A stretch of 64,000 nt of DNA from Psammoneis japonica (lineage: Eukaryota): assembly GCA_008632985.1 (NCBI GenBank), contig QPGO01000073.1, positions 248,001 through 312,000 on the forward strand. Direction: 5' to 3'. Below, in pieces: positions 1 through 12,281 of the stretch (positions within the stretch are counted from its first letter, which is position 1; each line of letters begins with the position of its first letter). The notes under the pieces were generated by a model, which saw nothing but the letters and a program-made list of their open reading frames with translations, searched no databases and was not told where the DNA came from. The translations under genes and the position numbers were made by a program.

Positions 1-2300
1 CATTGGTGGAATGTTCCCTCTGAAGCACACCAAATTCTGCCAACCAAAATGATGTTTTCAAGAAACAAAATCATTTTGGTCATGAGCATCAATTTTGTCA
101 ACAAATTGCACCAACCCAAGTGCCCATTTTGGTCAACCAAAATGCACACTCAGGAAATGCCATTGCAGAGTTTTGGATCCAGAAAAGCAGGGCACACTTC
201 ATTCAGGACATGACATGAACACAAACAACATTGCACTCTCACTCATGCAGCCAAAAATTGTCAACTGCATGAATGGAGATGTTTTTCACGAGTGCAGATT
301 TGTCAAAACAGCAACATGTCTTCAATCAAATGGAGAAATCACCTGACTGCAAATCAAACGCTCTTGATGGCAGGAATGAGACCTGGATCATTGGTGTCCC
401 AGAGATGTGCAATCTTGGGCTTGCTCCAATCCATCTTCAAGAATTGGAAAAATCTGCTTCACTCCACAGTCATCTTGCAAAGTGTCCTGTGACCGCTGCC
501 CCCAAAACCTGGAGCTCATCAAGTCATCAAGTTGCAGCTTTGTGGTTCTCTGTCTTGGACAACAGTTGACATTGTCCTGTTGCATCGCCCCATCATGTGT
601 GCCCTGTTTGTGATCACATTGAACTTTGAGAAATGACACTCCAGCAAACACATTGCCACTCTGCTCCATTTGATTTCTGGATTTGATGTGCCCAACACCT
701 TGACATCCATCCATCAAACAAAAAGTGGCTTCAATCTGACCTTGCTGCAGCAGCTGCTGCTTTTGCCACCAAAAGCAAATGTCAATGGGGAGCCACACTG
801 AACCTGAAAGCAAGTCCTGTGCCAAATCAAAGGAAAATTAACCAAAAACAACACCTCATCACACCAGCCAAACTGATGACACATGAAGTTCAATGATGAA
901 ACAAAGACATCAAATGCAATGCTGGGCAGTCTGAAGTCAAGACAATGGCTCTGGAAAAAATGCCAAGCTGTGTCCATTCGTGTGTCCTTTTGTTCAAACA
1001 AATGCGGAGCAAGATGCTTTTCTGCCAGAGCAATGCCTGCAACTCAACTCTGACAAAGATTGCAGCACAGACAAGAAAAGGTGACACCTGCTGTTGGATG
1101 CTTGCAGCTGGAGAGCCTCTCAAATTGTCCTTGAATTGGCTGAAGCAGCAGCCCCATGGATCTGGGATTCTTGCCACACCTCAAATGCGCTTGCACAAAT
1201 GGGGCCATTAGAATTTCAAACAAAACTCTTTTCAATCTCCAGCAAATGCCATTTTCAATCTGTTTTGCCTGGGAATCATGTTCCAGAGCAAATTTTTTGC
1301 TGTGGTGCAGGGTTGGGAATGATGTGAAGCCCACAGCATTTTGCAGAAAAATGCAAGCTGATGACTCGGTGACCATGACTCCAAACCAATGACTTTTTTG
1401 CAGAAAGCTGCAAGTTCTCACATTTTTCCCAAACACCAGAGCTCAGTGCAAAAATGGCGCAGTTCCAGAACATTTCCCTGGAGCAGCCCTGGTCTTTCTC
1501 AACTGCTCCTGCTGGCATTTGTGTGATGCACTCCAGCCCCGCCCAGGTGGGGCTCCATGTGACGTGGGCCTGCAGAGCTCCATTTGCAAGCTCCACAGCA
1601 AAGTTGTCAAGCAGCAAACGTGCAAACAATTGTCAACAGAAAAAGAGACAATTTTGCAAATGTGCCTCCTCTTTCACAGTTAAGCACATAATTTCAAGTT
1701 TGCCTGGGTGCACTCTTCAGACACCCAGCCTGGTTTTGCCGCCACCGATGTTGGCTGAGCACCCAATCATGTCAAACACTGCCATCAAATGATTGCTGAT
1801 GTCTTGTTGCCCATGCATTTGTTGTGTGCAAGCAACCCAGCAATTCAACAATGGAGCAATGGAGCTCAAATTGCAATCCATCCAATCATTGCAACAAATG
1901 AGTGACAAGTTGCCATGTCAGTGGAGTGTGTCATGCAGTTGCACAAGAGTGATTTCGATGACAATTGCAAGTGAGTGTCTCAAATTCATGGAGACATTTT
2001 ATTGAAGACAATGACCAGTGAAATGGATGTGGCACAAAATTGTGAGAAGAGAGCAAGTGTGCAGTGGAGGGAAATGAGAAGCAAAAGGAGAGCAACACAA
2101 ATGCGGGAACAAGTGGGTCACCTCTCTTGTGTCTCAGTCACGTGAGGTGGCAAGAATCCTAAATTGTCGAGGGGCATTTTGTCTTGTTGAGAACAATCCA
2201 TTTGTTTTACAAATGTGTCAAAAGGATGCGCTCTCTACCAGCAGCGAGTCGCATGTGCAGCTGCATAAAATGGCAAATGTGTTGATGGCTCGCCTGAATC
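1..2300. repeat. TpA/CpG-depleted degenerate repeat block (decayed transposon sequence, family not resolved)
   Basis: Only a few TA dinucleotides seen in 2.3 kb (e.g. ~1208, ~1681, ~1689, ~2000). ORFs are nearly Tyr-free and Cys/His/Gln-rich. Contains a MITE fragment. Normal composition resumes by ~2500. Confidence 0.75.
1531..1727 (-). mobile_element. Truncated, TpA-converted copy of the ~400-bp MITE family
   Basis: ctccag...caggtggggctccatgtgac...caacagaaaaagagacaattttgcaaa...cctgggtgcactcttcagacacccag aligns with the reverse complement of ~51915-52120 and with 54303-54510; the internal hairpin is partly deleted. Confidence 0.75.
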
Positions 2301-2379
2301 TAGAAAAAGGCAGACGCCACGCAGCTCCACCCTTTCTGCTGGTTCCGGTGGGAAACAGCACACGCACAAAAAGCACTCA

Positions 2380-2452
2380 GAGAGAGAGAGAGAGAGAGAG
2401 AGATTTGTTCGTTCGTTCGTTCATTCGTTTGAGAGAAAGAGAGAGAGAGAGA
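2380..2452. repeat. Compound microsatellite (GA)n-(TTCG)n-(GA)n
   Basis: Directly visible; lies at the border of the TpA-depleted block. Confidence 0.95.
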
Positions 2453-2979
2453 GTTGCTGACTCTACGAGAAGCGAGATTTGCACCTCCGTTTGAAGGAAC
2501 GATCGAGACCAACATGGGCTAGAGCAGACCAACAACACCTTTCGCTAAGTGCGCACTGCTGCAAAAGAGATCTTTCTTTTGTTCGTCCGTTTGTTTGAGA
2601 GAGTTTGGATAATGATAGATTTGAATAATAGATTCGGGCTTGACTGCTTGTCGATCAATCGATGGGACAATGTGGTGCACTCTAGAGGCTAAAGTCGACC
2701 ACCACCTCAAACAGTCTTGACGGCAATGGGACTAGCTTTCAGTTGATTGGACAAAGATCTGGAAACAATGGCAACTACCTTTTAGTGAGTGGCACACTCA
2801 AGAGAGATTGCAATGCACAGACCAAAAGAGGCCGGACGGAAATATATCTGGGAGAACGAAGTTACGGAATTGCAACACAACAAGTTGAGCCAATGGGGCT
2901 TGTACACAATACCATGGCTGCCTTGTGTATGAGAACTCAGATACTCTTCTTCATCCATCGTTTAGAGCAAAAGGTGAGC

Positions 2980-5064
2980 TCATCTACCCAACAGTCCTTT
3001 CTTGCGGTAGACTTTTTCCTTGTACTCCTCTGTCAGCGCCCTCACTTTGTCCAGCTTTTTGAAGAGGTCGGCCCGATTTATCTCGGGAAGTTTTACCGGA
3101 TCCTGATTCATCCAGTACTTGTCAAAGTCGAAAATGCGAATGTATTCGCCTTTTACAATCATGTTGCAACACGTATTCAAATCGTATGGTCTGATGCCGT
3201 TTGCCGTGAAGATATCATAGGCTTGGACTAAAAAGTCACTGTAGTAGGAAAAGTTTGCTGACCATTCGTTCCGGTGCTTCTCTTCACTTTGGTTCTCACC
3301 CTTTGGGAGGATGTTTTCCATGACGAGAACGTGACAATCGTCGTCTTTGTGGTACAATGCTGGAAAGAAGCGGGTGTCGGTTAGCACGTCAAATGCAAGT
3401 TTTTCATGTTGGTATGCTGCGGGTAGCATATGCTTCACGACAGTGTCACGGTTGATGCAAACTGTGGTTTCATTACGACGACTATGGCACTTGCTTCCCT
3501 CAAAGTAGGAATCTAGCTGTGACTGTTCACATCCCTCACCAAAACGCGTCACCTGCCAATTGCTGAGATCTTCTTCTTGCCAATATTTCACTGTGTAACC
3601 ATTCACTTCATCAAGCATATCTTTCAAGTGTGCACGATTCATCTCGCGAACGTCAGAAGGCTTCCGATTCAGCCAATACCTATCAAAGTCGAATATACGT
3701 ACGTAATCTCCTTTTACAACCATATTGCAACAGGTGTTCAAATCTTTCGGCATGATACCGTTTGCCGTGAATATCTCGAATGCTTCTGTTAAGAAGTCAC
3801 GGTAGAACGTAAAGTTTCCAGACCATTTGTTAACGTGCTTCTTGCCCTTTGGGATAATGTTTTCCATGACAATCACGCGACAACTGTCGTCTCGGAGGAA
3901 CAGCTTTGGAAAGAACCGGGTATTGTTTAGCACTTTAAATGCCTCTGTTTCTTGTCTGTAGGTTCCCGGTTCCATGCGTTTCAAGACATAGTCAGGATTG
4001 ATACATACCGTCGTTACATTGCTGCGAGTTTCGCACTTGTTCCCTCGAAAGTACAAGTCCAGCTGTGACTGCGTGCATTCTCCCTTGTTGATCGAACGCA
4101 TCAGTTGCGTAATGTTGGCGGCCTCTTCCGGCTCGTCTAGCCCTTTGTCAATGGAACCTTTCTTTTCAGGCAAACTTTCGTCGGTAACTTCATTCACAGC
4201 AGCAGCAGGTGGCACAGGATGTTGACACGTGCTTTTGGGGGCTTCCTTTTGCCTGTGCTGCTCTGTCAAAACCTTGACCTTTTCCAGCATTTTGTTCAAG
4301 TGGGCAAGATTGGTCTCGCGAATGGCACCAGGATCCTGATTCAATTGGTACAGATCAAAGTCGAGTATCCGTATGTACTCCCCTTTTACAATCATGTTAC
4401 CGCATGTGTTCAAATCATGCGGTTTTACGCCGTTTGCCGTGAATATTTCATATGCATCACTTAAGAAGTCGCGGTAAAACGAGTAGTTGGCCGACCATTC
4501 ATTCTTGTGTTTTATCTTTCCCTTCGGAATAACGTTTTCCATGACAATCACTTGGCAACTGTCATCTCTGTGGAACAACTTTGGAAAAATCTGGGGGTCG
4601 TTTAGGACTTCATATGCTCTTGTTTCGTTAACGTAATGTCTTTCCATTCCCATGTGTTTCACGACATAGCCAGGATTGATGCACACCGTGTTGCCATCGC
4701 GACGAGTCTGACACTTGTTCCCTCGAAAGTGCAAGTCCAGCTGTGATTGCTTGCAGTCTCCCTCGCTACTAGAACGCTTCAGTTGCGTAATGCTGGCCGG
4801 GGTATCGTTCATCACGTTCAACGGCTTCGACATGTTCTGTTTTCGCATGTTGTTGTCGGCGGTTTCTTCTTGAACGGCGGTAGGCGACAAAGGACGTCCT
4901 GCCGTACGTGAGTCAAACATTTTGTGCATCTTCCATTCATTCAATGCCTTATTGTCGGAGGATAGCTTCACAAAAAGGAGAGCAATGCCAAAAACAAGAG
5001 GAACCCCACGTGTTCCTCGTCGACGCGGCACTTTGCCATTGACAAATTCACTAGCATCGGCCAT
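2980..5064 (-). CDS. Type II membrane protein with three tandem protein-kinase-like domains
   Basis: 694-aa ORF with an N-terminal basic patch and hydrophobic segment (VPLVFGIALLFV). Three ~170-aa repeats each carry V(V/L)K, a Glu helix, P(K/A)L, VMEN, PxDLNTCxN and DFD, matching kinase-like fold motifs. Confidence 0.75.
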   Translation of the reverse strand: MADASEFVNGKVPRRRGTRGVPLVFGIALLFVKLSSDNKALNEWKMHKMFDSRTAGRPLSPTAVQEETADNNMRKQNMSKPLNVMNDTPASITQLKRSSSEGDCKQSQLDLHFRGNKCQTRRDGNTVCINPGYVVKHMGMERHYVNETRAYEVLNDPQIFPKLFHRDDSCQVIVMENVIPKGKIKHKNEWSANYSFYRDFLSDAYEIFTANGVKPHDLNTCGNMIVKGEYIRILDFDLYQLNQDPGAIRETNLAHLNKMLEKVKVLTEQHRQKEAPKSTCQHPVPPAAAVNEVTDESLPEKKGSIDKGLDEPEEAANITQLMRSINKGECTQSQLDLYFRGNKCETRSNVTTVCINPDYVLKRMEPGTYRQETEAFKVLNNTRFFPKLFLRDDSCRVIVMENIIPKGKKHVNKWSGNFTFYRDFLTEAFEIFTANGIMPKDLNTCCNMVVKGDYVRIFDFDRYWLNRKPSDVREMNRAHLKDMLDEVNGYTVKYWQEEDLSNWQVTRFGEGCEQSQLDSYFEGSKCHSRRNETTVCINRDTVVKHMLPAAYQHEKLAFDVLTDTRFFPALYHKDDDCHVLVMENILPKGENQSEEKHRNEWSANFSYYSDFLVQAYDIFTANGIRPYDLNTCCNMIVKGEYIRIFDFDKYWMNQDPVKLPEINRADLFKKLDKVRALTEEYKEKVYRKKGLLGR

Positions 5065-6734
5065 GTCGTTCTCGTGCTGCTATCTTTCATGAATGTCCTG
5101 GTAGCTTCCGTTGTTACGGTGTCAAAGATGCTAAATACAGTGCTTTCGATTTTTTATTACTGAAAAGGTGGCCGGTGGCCGGTGGTGCGGTGAGCAAAAC
5201 AATGGGTTCTCGTTTCTCTGCAGAGCATGAAGAAAGTCATCGCAGGACAGATTCGGATATGTCCGTCCGTGCAAAGATAGTTACAGTAGCAGTCGCAGAA
5301 TCTCAGAGCTCTAGAGTAGTTGTACTAGAGTAAAGCACATTTTGGATTTCTCCGATGCGGATATGTTTCCACGATGATGATGCATACACTCGACGAAGGC
5401 GAAGCTGCATCACTGTTGTCCTTGTAGTCCGGTATCTTGACCCGCGTTCCCTCTAGTTTCTCTCCGTGGAAGACGCGGAACGCTATTGTTGCTATTTTCC
5501 ATATTCATCAGTAAAAGTTGCTCTACACTCTGTAAAATTTTTGACACGCGAGAGGTTTGGAAGATCCTATAAAACTCGTAGTGTTCTTCAGCGGTACAAC
5601 GAGACTATTCAAGAAATGGAATACTCCACAGAATATTTCATTTGTGTGCGACTTTTCGAGTGAGAGTTATTACAATACTGAAGCAATGTGATAGTCCTTC
5701 CAGCTCTAGCACCATGGTAGACAGTCAAGCTATCCATCGTGCGTCTTGCTGATCTAAAGGTCATCGATTTGGGAGCTCAAGTCGAATCCGTTGAGGATTC
5801 TTTTACTAGTGGCCACCTCGCCGTGGAACGAGAGAACGAAGAGACGTGCACCATACACAATGCAGCTATCCATTTGGGGTCAAGATCTCTCGTCTGTGAA
5901 TTCAGATGATCCTACATTGATTCTGCTGTCTCTATATGCCAGGCTCGAATGCGCCGTGATGAAGGTGCTGTTCCTAGTTGGACGTTCTGCTTGACGAAAT
6001 TTATCTTCAAAGTCGCAGGGGATGCCCATCATGATTCTTCCTTTGGACAAGTCCTAGAAGACACAGACAATGATTTGGTACTTGATAAGCTAACCATTCC
6101 GTGTTTGTTTTGGATAGAGTGAGGATGAGAGTCTGACGAGTCTTTCCGTGTTTCCGGAGCGATAGTGGGAGGCACAGTTGAAACGGAGTATGGAGTGTAA
6201 CTATCGGCGACCGTGCATCCTCATTCAGACTGCAAGTGTGGGACAAGCATATGGATCTGAGTGAACTCAGCATTCATTTCACCCTGCAAACCTGCCTCTT
6301 CGAGTCTTCGAGGATGTCACCGAAAGTACCTACTTCTCGGGTTGGGTGCGTGCGGTTCCTCTCCAATTATCTCGGAAACGCCGCAGAGGGAGGGCTCAAG
6401 GACCGCACGTATAGTGTCGGAGATCAAGAGGACGATAAAGACTTGAATGGATGAAGAGTAGGAGGTTGACTCTCTATTAGATGCGGAATCGCCCTTGAAA
6501 TCAGGTGAACTAGGTCCTCGTTTTCTTTCAGCCGCTCGGACACACCCCAATAAATAATGTGGCGAATAGTCTGATGCAATATCTGTTGAGGTAGTCAGCA
6601 CCGAAGTAGTAGGTTTACTTTCTTCCATTATCAGTCGCTGACATAGTGCATATTCGGCATGGTGCAGTACCTGCAACCCTCAACTACGAACCGATTGACA
6701 TATGGCGTTGCCGTCCCTTTGCCTTGAACGCAAT

Positions 6735-7204
6735 TTATACAGTACCCATGACCGCCATGACGGAAAAAACGGATGCTACCAATGATAAATAGGTACGCAC
6801 ATCGTTCAACTTGTTCCAAGCTTGGATTTCGTCTTTCACCTTATCGCCATCGGTTGCTGCCATGAGAATATCGTCCTTGGGTTTCACACAAAGAGCTGTA
6901 AATGGGCCACATGCGCCAAGGAGCAACGACGGTATCCACCACATTTTCTTTTCGGTGAGATTGCCGTTGCCATTGCCACCATCGTCAGGGGAGGAGCAGT
7001 TGCTTTGAAGAAGTTAGTGGCGAGTGGGAAAACTCCCTGATAATTCTCCAGTTGGTACTGGGGAGATTTGCTGGCTCGTCCAGGAACTTCGACAAAGGTT
7101 ATGTACGCGACCCCACCCGTCACCACACCCATACCCAACAAACAACCTAACTCCAATGTCTGCAAGGTGTGCGGATGTGTCAGATAGTGCCCAAGGCAAC
7201 TCAT
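6735..7204 (-). CDS. DUF1772/anthrone-oxygenase-like membrane protein, one frameshift near 6955
   Basis: ORFs 6884-7204 and 6735-6944 join into a multi-TM protein with YITFVEVP...PFTA..VKP...WNKLNDVRT, typical of this family. Confidence 0.6.
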
Positions 7205-7399
7205 TGTTATTGTCGTTGCTGTTGCTTTGAAGATGATTGTGAAGAAGGTAAATTACCGCAGGCACAAGGTGAGCCCTACAACTGCAACACTTCGGACTGC
7301 GATTGACCTGACTCAGCGCTCAGCCCGACTGAATGAATGAATGAAATAAACAAATTGTGAGCGTTCGTGCGTGGGTGCGGTGTTTGTACCTTTTTCTTC

Positions 7400-8320
7400 G
7401 CACTCCGTTTTGGGGCATTCCTTTTGTTCCTTGGAGTGTGCCTCATGTTCCACACTTTGTTGCACCTCAGCCTCATTGCGTGACAGCATGTTTTTGATCT
7501 CACTCAGCCTGATGTGGTGTTGACGAGTTGAAGCACCACCTGGCAGAGCAGCATTCAAGAAGTCTCCTTTCTCTCAAGACATCTTCAAAAGGCACAGGTG
7601 CTCTTTTGGGCATGGCCTTTCAGCAGAGCAAGCAGATTGTTTGTGTGCATTTCTTGCACCACAGCTCAGGCCAGAAAAGAGCAAAAATGAGAAGTGCCAG
7701 AGAGAATGTGACCCCCACAGCTCTGCGTGTTAAAAAAGAAGCACCAACAACATGTTTTCTTAAAAAGCTGCAGCAAGCAGCAGAAAACAGAGCTCTGCAG
7801 GCATGTGAAACTCACGGGGGCACCCAAGCTCTCACAACCCACTGTTCAAGCAGAGAGCCTTTGCGCAGGCAAAAAGGTGCCAAAGGAGCCAACTGGGCCT
7901 GAGGACATTCTCCACACACCTCAAATGATGGTGAGGCTCAAGCATCTGGTCTGGAGGCTCCCAGAGTGGAACCTGCCCCAGAGTCTCCTGAACATTGGAA
8001 GAGAGCTGTGTGGCACAAGCACGCTGCGTGGCACGTGTGTGCTCCCTGCGCCGCACCACTTCCAGAGCTTCTGCTGCGGGCTTGTCAGCACCATCACCCA
8101 CAGCACCATTTGTTCCATTCCAGTGTCAACAATGCCCATTGCCTGTGATGCATCCTCAACATTGCCAACTGGGAATCATCCCTCTGCTGAGGGAGTTTGT
8201 TTTTGTGCAATGCTGCGCCGACACACATGAGATGAGAAAAGAGCAGCACAAAAATGTGGCATCCCACAGGACCTGGTGCACAGATCCATGATCTCATGAG
8301 GCGTGCAACAAAGGCTAAGA
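7400..8320. repeat. TpA-depleted degenerate repeat block
   Basis: TA nearly absent (survivors in ttaa at ~7731 and ~7761); ORFs in all frames lack Tyr. Confidence 0.7.
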
Positions 8321-8831
8321 TGAAAAAGTGTGTGACTTTGTTTTAAGTTGATGTCCCAATTCATTCCTTCCTTCCCTTCTCTATCCCCTTGCCGGTGCCG
8401 GTCGCAATTTGGGGGGCGTCTTTGGAAGTGAGATCGTCGAAGGCGGTCTGATCGCCAGTGCGTTTGGGGTTTTTTCCAGTACAATTTGTACGCACAAGAA
8501 AACACGGTCCAGCGGTCCCAAATACCCAATCGCACTGATTGACAGACTGTTTTAGTACAAATTCTACGTAACTTTCTTCGACAGTCTCACTTCCGAAGAC
8601 GTCCCCCAAATTGGCCCGTGCATCTGCTACAGCATTTCTCTCTGCGCTCACTGCATTCCGCGCGCAGTGTCGGAAGCACATTGACATTCAGCACGATGAC
8701 AAACTTTGTGTGGTGCTAAGTAGCTACTCTGCCTATCGTTATCGTCCTGTTCATCTTACCATAGAAGGAAGACTTATTCTATCATCTCTGCATAGCAGAC
8801 ACACGCAACCTGATTCAACACAGCACGTATT

Positions 8832-9227
8832 ATGCAATTCAGAGTTGTTATTCCGTCTGGTGTCCGTTCCGGTCAAACCATTCGTATTCGTTGTCCCGAC
8901 GGCAGCGAAGGCGATGTCAAGGTCCCAAGGGGCTTACGGCCCGGCGATTCCTTTATATTTGAAATGCCCGATGTCTTTCCTCCCAAATCATCATCGTCAT
9001 CGTCGTCTTCGTCAGCCAGTGTGACGGCAGAAAAGAATGGGTTTTTGGATCGAGAAATTGCCACCATGCAGGATTTTATCATGGCGCTTGGAGTCGGACT
9101 TTTGATTGGTGGATCCATCGTCTTGGGGTTCTTGTTGGGTGTTCTGGCTGTGACGGATCCTAATTATCAAGTGGAACCACTCACTGCAACACCGCCGCCT
9201 CCACCAAAAATGACAATGGGTGTGTAG
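8832..9227 (+). CDS. Small hypothetical protein with a VxIP-G-G repeat domain and a C-terminal TM helix
   Basis: FRVVIPSGVRSGQTIRI / VKVPRGLRPGDSFIF internal repeat, Ser linker, hydrophobic segment; may have an upstream exon. Confidence 0.7.
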   Translation: MQFRVVIPSGVRSGQTIRIRCPDGSEGDVKVPRGLRPGDSFIFEMPDVFPPKSSSSSSSSSASVTAEKNGFLDREIATMQDFIMALGVGLLIGGSIVLGFLLGVLAVTDPNYQVEPLTATPPPPPKMTMGV

Positions 9228-9678
9228 CTAGAAAGACCTGAGCTGAACCGAGCTGAGCAGTAGTAGTACTCTTCGGGGAGCAGGTAGAGGGGATGACAAT
9301 TGGTTGTGAGGGTATGCAGATCACCTTGCGCTATATTTTCTGCTGATAGTATCTACGAGAGGAATCCTCGAGCTATTGCATATCGAGATCGATATAGAGA
9401 AGCTTCTCGTGTTGAAGCCGCGTTGTTTTTGTTTGGGGTATTTGGATGTTTAGGAGTTTTTCTTTTTAGCTTCATATTTAAGATAGATATTGTAGTGACG
9501 ATGAAGTAGTAGCTGTGTATGTTTGCATGCTATATTTATGCTGTCACATTAAATCCCGAGATCTAACGAGGCCAATTTCGAAACAGGGATTACAAGTGGT
9601 CCTCGGCATTCAAAGATATAGAGAATAGCTCCAAGCTATTCCGCACATCGATAACAGAACCACGATTCCCGTTCCTTT

Positions 9679-11472
9679 CTAGTTTCCGAGGAAAAAGGGG
9701 TGCCAACTTGGATTTAAATTCGTGATTGTAGAGCCACGCCGCAGGACTTTCTTTGTAACGATACCGGTGGGAGAAGTGTTTGGTTTCCTGCGGCCTGGTC
9801 TTGACACGGCAATGCTCACGTCTGCATGCCACGGCACGCGGTTCCTGACAATGCCATGGACTCGAATGGTGACTGTCTTTCCAGAACCGCTGTAATTCTG
9901 AATGGCATGGGATTGTCCGGCGCCTAACTTAGCTACAAGTGTGGACTGACCTGTCCTTCCTTGCTTTATGATTGTAATGAGGTTGCGTGCTTCGCGGGTG
10001 CCCCTTGTCATCCCAGAAGCGCGGTTGAAACCAATGTGATAATTCGCGTTCCTGTGCTTGAGTCTAAGAGTCACCAGCTGATTACCTTTGGCGTGTTTGT
10101 ATTCGGAAATGCCAACAATCTGTCCTCTCCACTTGGTAACTGCAAGTGGATTGATTGCTCTTTGTTTATCCCTATACCATCCAAGCTTGATACAAGAAAA
10201 GAGCGGGTATGAAACACACTGTCAGGCGATGCACAGAAATGACATACATTTGAGTTACAAAGCGTGGGCTTTTCTGTTTCCGTACCTGCCAAGATTTTGC
10301 AGCGTTGAAGCACATTCTAGGGCCCTCGTCACTCAGGTACGAGTAACCCATGAAACCTGACTTATCCCCGTATTGAGTTTTAGCATTGCCAGAATGAGAT
10401 AGATTGAGATTATGAGCTGAAGACAAAACCAGAGAAAAAGAAGAAGCACAACGCGGTGAGCAACGTGTATCTTGCATGTTGGAGCCATTCAAAATCGCCA
10501 GAACTGCCTTACCAATCTCGTGAACTTGTGTACTGACGCTGTTACACCACCTGTCGTTATAGACGGAGAGCCAGTGATCCTCATACGCGTACGCCTGCCA
10601 ACCTTCTGGCGTTCCAGGAGGGAGACAAATCATCACGTGATCAAACTGCTTTTCCAAGTTTCCAAATTGCTTGTTAGCGGCGTTGACTACGGCGTTCCTT
10701 AGTTTCGAGTCATTCGCATTCTTTGCATTCATTGGAATCCTAATGGTGGTTACTCCACCATAGACTCTTCTGCCTCCTCTTGTCTTTCCATGGAATTTCT
10801 TCAAAATAAGTTTGCCATAGGAACACCTTTTGAATCTCTCGACAAGATTGAATGAGTCTCGACTATTTGGGCCAAATATGTCGGCGCGGATCTCTCCTAT
10901 ACTTTTTGTTGTAGTCGAGTCCTGTGCGACAGTCTGGATGACCAGCACTGTTCTCGTGCCCATCTTTGCCGTAGGCCTTTTCCATCTTCTCCATAATTTC
11001 CTGGCATCTGTGCTTGATATTTGGGGAACGGTCCCACGTTTGACATTTAGGTCCATGTCATTCAGAGATCCGACAACGGTGAGCTCAACTCTCCCCTTAT
11101 CCATTGCTGGCTTAAGTTTTCTTTTGGCCCAATTACTATCGAGTCCCTTTATTGTCACAATGGTGCCTGAGTTAAAGCCTGGGGCATATTCCGGGTACAA
11201 TTCCAGCTCCAATTGCTCTTGTTGAAAAATGTTATTGGCGGTTCTCCTATCGCCGCCACGTCTGATGACACGCCCTTTTATCCTTCTCTCCTGTTTATTC
11301 TTACCTCGAAGGCTCTGTAAATAATAAACACAAGATGCGAGGTGAGACAAAAGGCCTTGCGAGAACGCCCACAATGATGCAGCTCCATAGCAGATAGCAG
11401 TTCACTCACCGTCGAGCTGCCTAAAACTATGTTCGACGCTATAGACAAGAGCAAGAAACGTAAAAGTATCAT
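9679..11472 (-). CDS. Secreted gametolysin-like metallopeptidase (M11), multi-exon
   Basis: Signal peptide MILLRFLLL. HEIG|HNLNLSHSG zinc motif is split by an intron (~10420-10510). YGDKSGFMGYSY and MCFNAAKSWQ follow; second intron at ~10190-10280. Confidence 0.85.
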
Positions 11473-12281
11473 CTCTCATGGGTGAATTGCTCCTGTTTAT
11501 AAAGCATCTGCTTCAGTTTCAATACCGATTCGTGGTCGGGAGAGGGACTGCGTTATTGAGAGGAACGAGAATAGGAGATATTTGGTGAAAGATGAGCAAA
11601 CCGACGAATCTCCCCACGACTTGGACTCAACTTTTTCGAAAAATGTCTCAAGGCACACTTTGCATGTTCTCTTAGAAAAGACATTTGTCTCTGATGAGTC
11701 ATAAGACTGCTTGTGACTTCATCGAATAAAAGTTCACGACTACAGGTATGTCCCAGGGCAATGGTTGTGCGAGTTGTCTCACTTTTTGTGGTCTTTAGTG
11801 ATGTACAGTACCGTATGCCTGCGATCTCTGATGTTTCCCAAATTCTCGTTCTCGAGCTGAGGTTGTTCTTCTGGGTAGACCTGCGATCCCGTTACCGATG
11901 ACGAAGAAGGGGAAGAAACCATCTTTGCCATCTCAGCAAGCATTGAAGCGATGACTACGCTACGACCCCAAGGATGGCACAAGCGCCAGAAATTCGAATG
12001 CGTTGTGACCTAGAATTGAAATCGTGATGGAGGCTCCGTTTCATGCATTAGTCCTGCAAGCGGCAATTGCTTCTCCCACGAAAGTGATTCTTGCAGTCTT
12101 ATACCAGCTCAAGGGCATCGTGCATTCGCCTATAGCGTCGTTTTTGAGTGCAAGACGATATAGCGGCACTTTTTCGCGAGAACATATTGGCATCTATTGA
12201 CATATCCAGAGCACAACTTTTCTTATTTACAAGGATGATACACGTTGCTCGGCCATTCAACGACGAAAGAGGAAAAGGGGA

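Noticed and set aside
2980..5064. Diversity-generating retroelement template/variable repeats
   Set aside because: The repeats are in-frame protein domains with differences at all bases, and no DGR-type RT is nearby. The A->G changes elsewhere are TpA-specific and occur on both strands.
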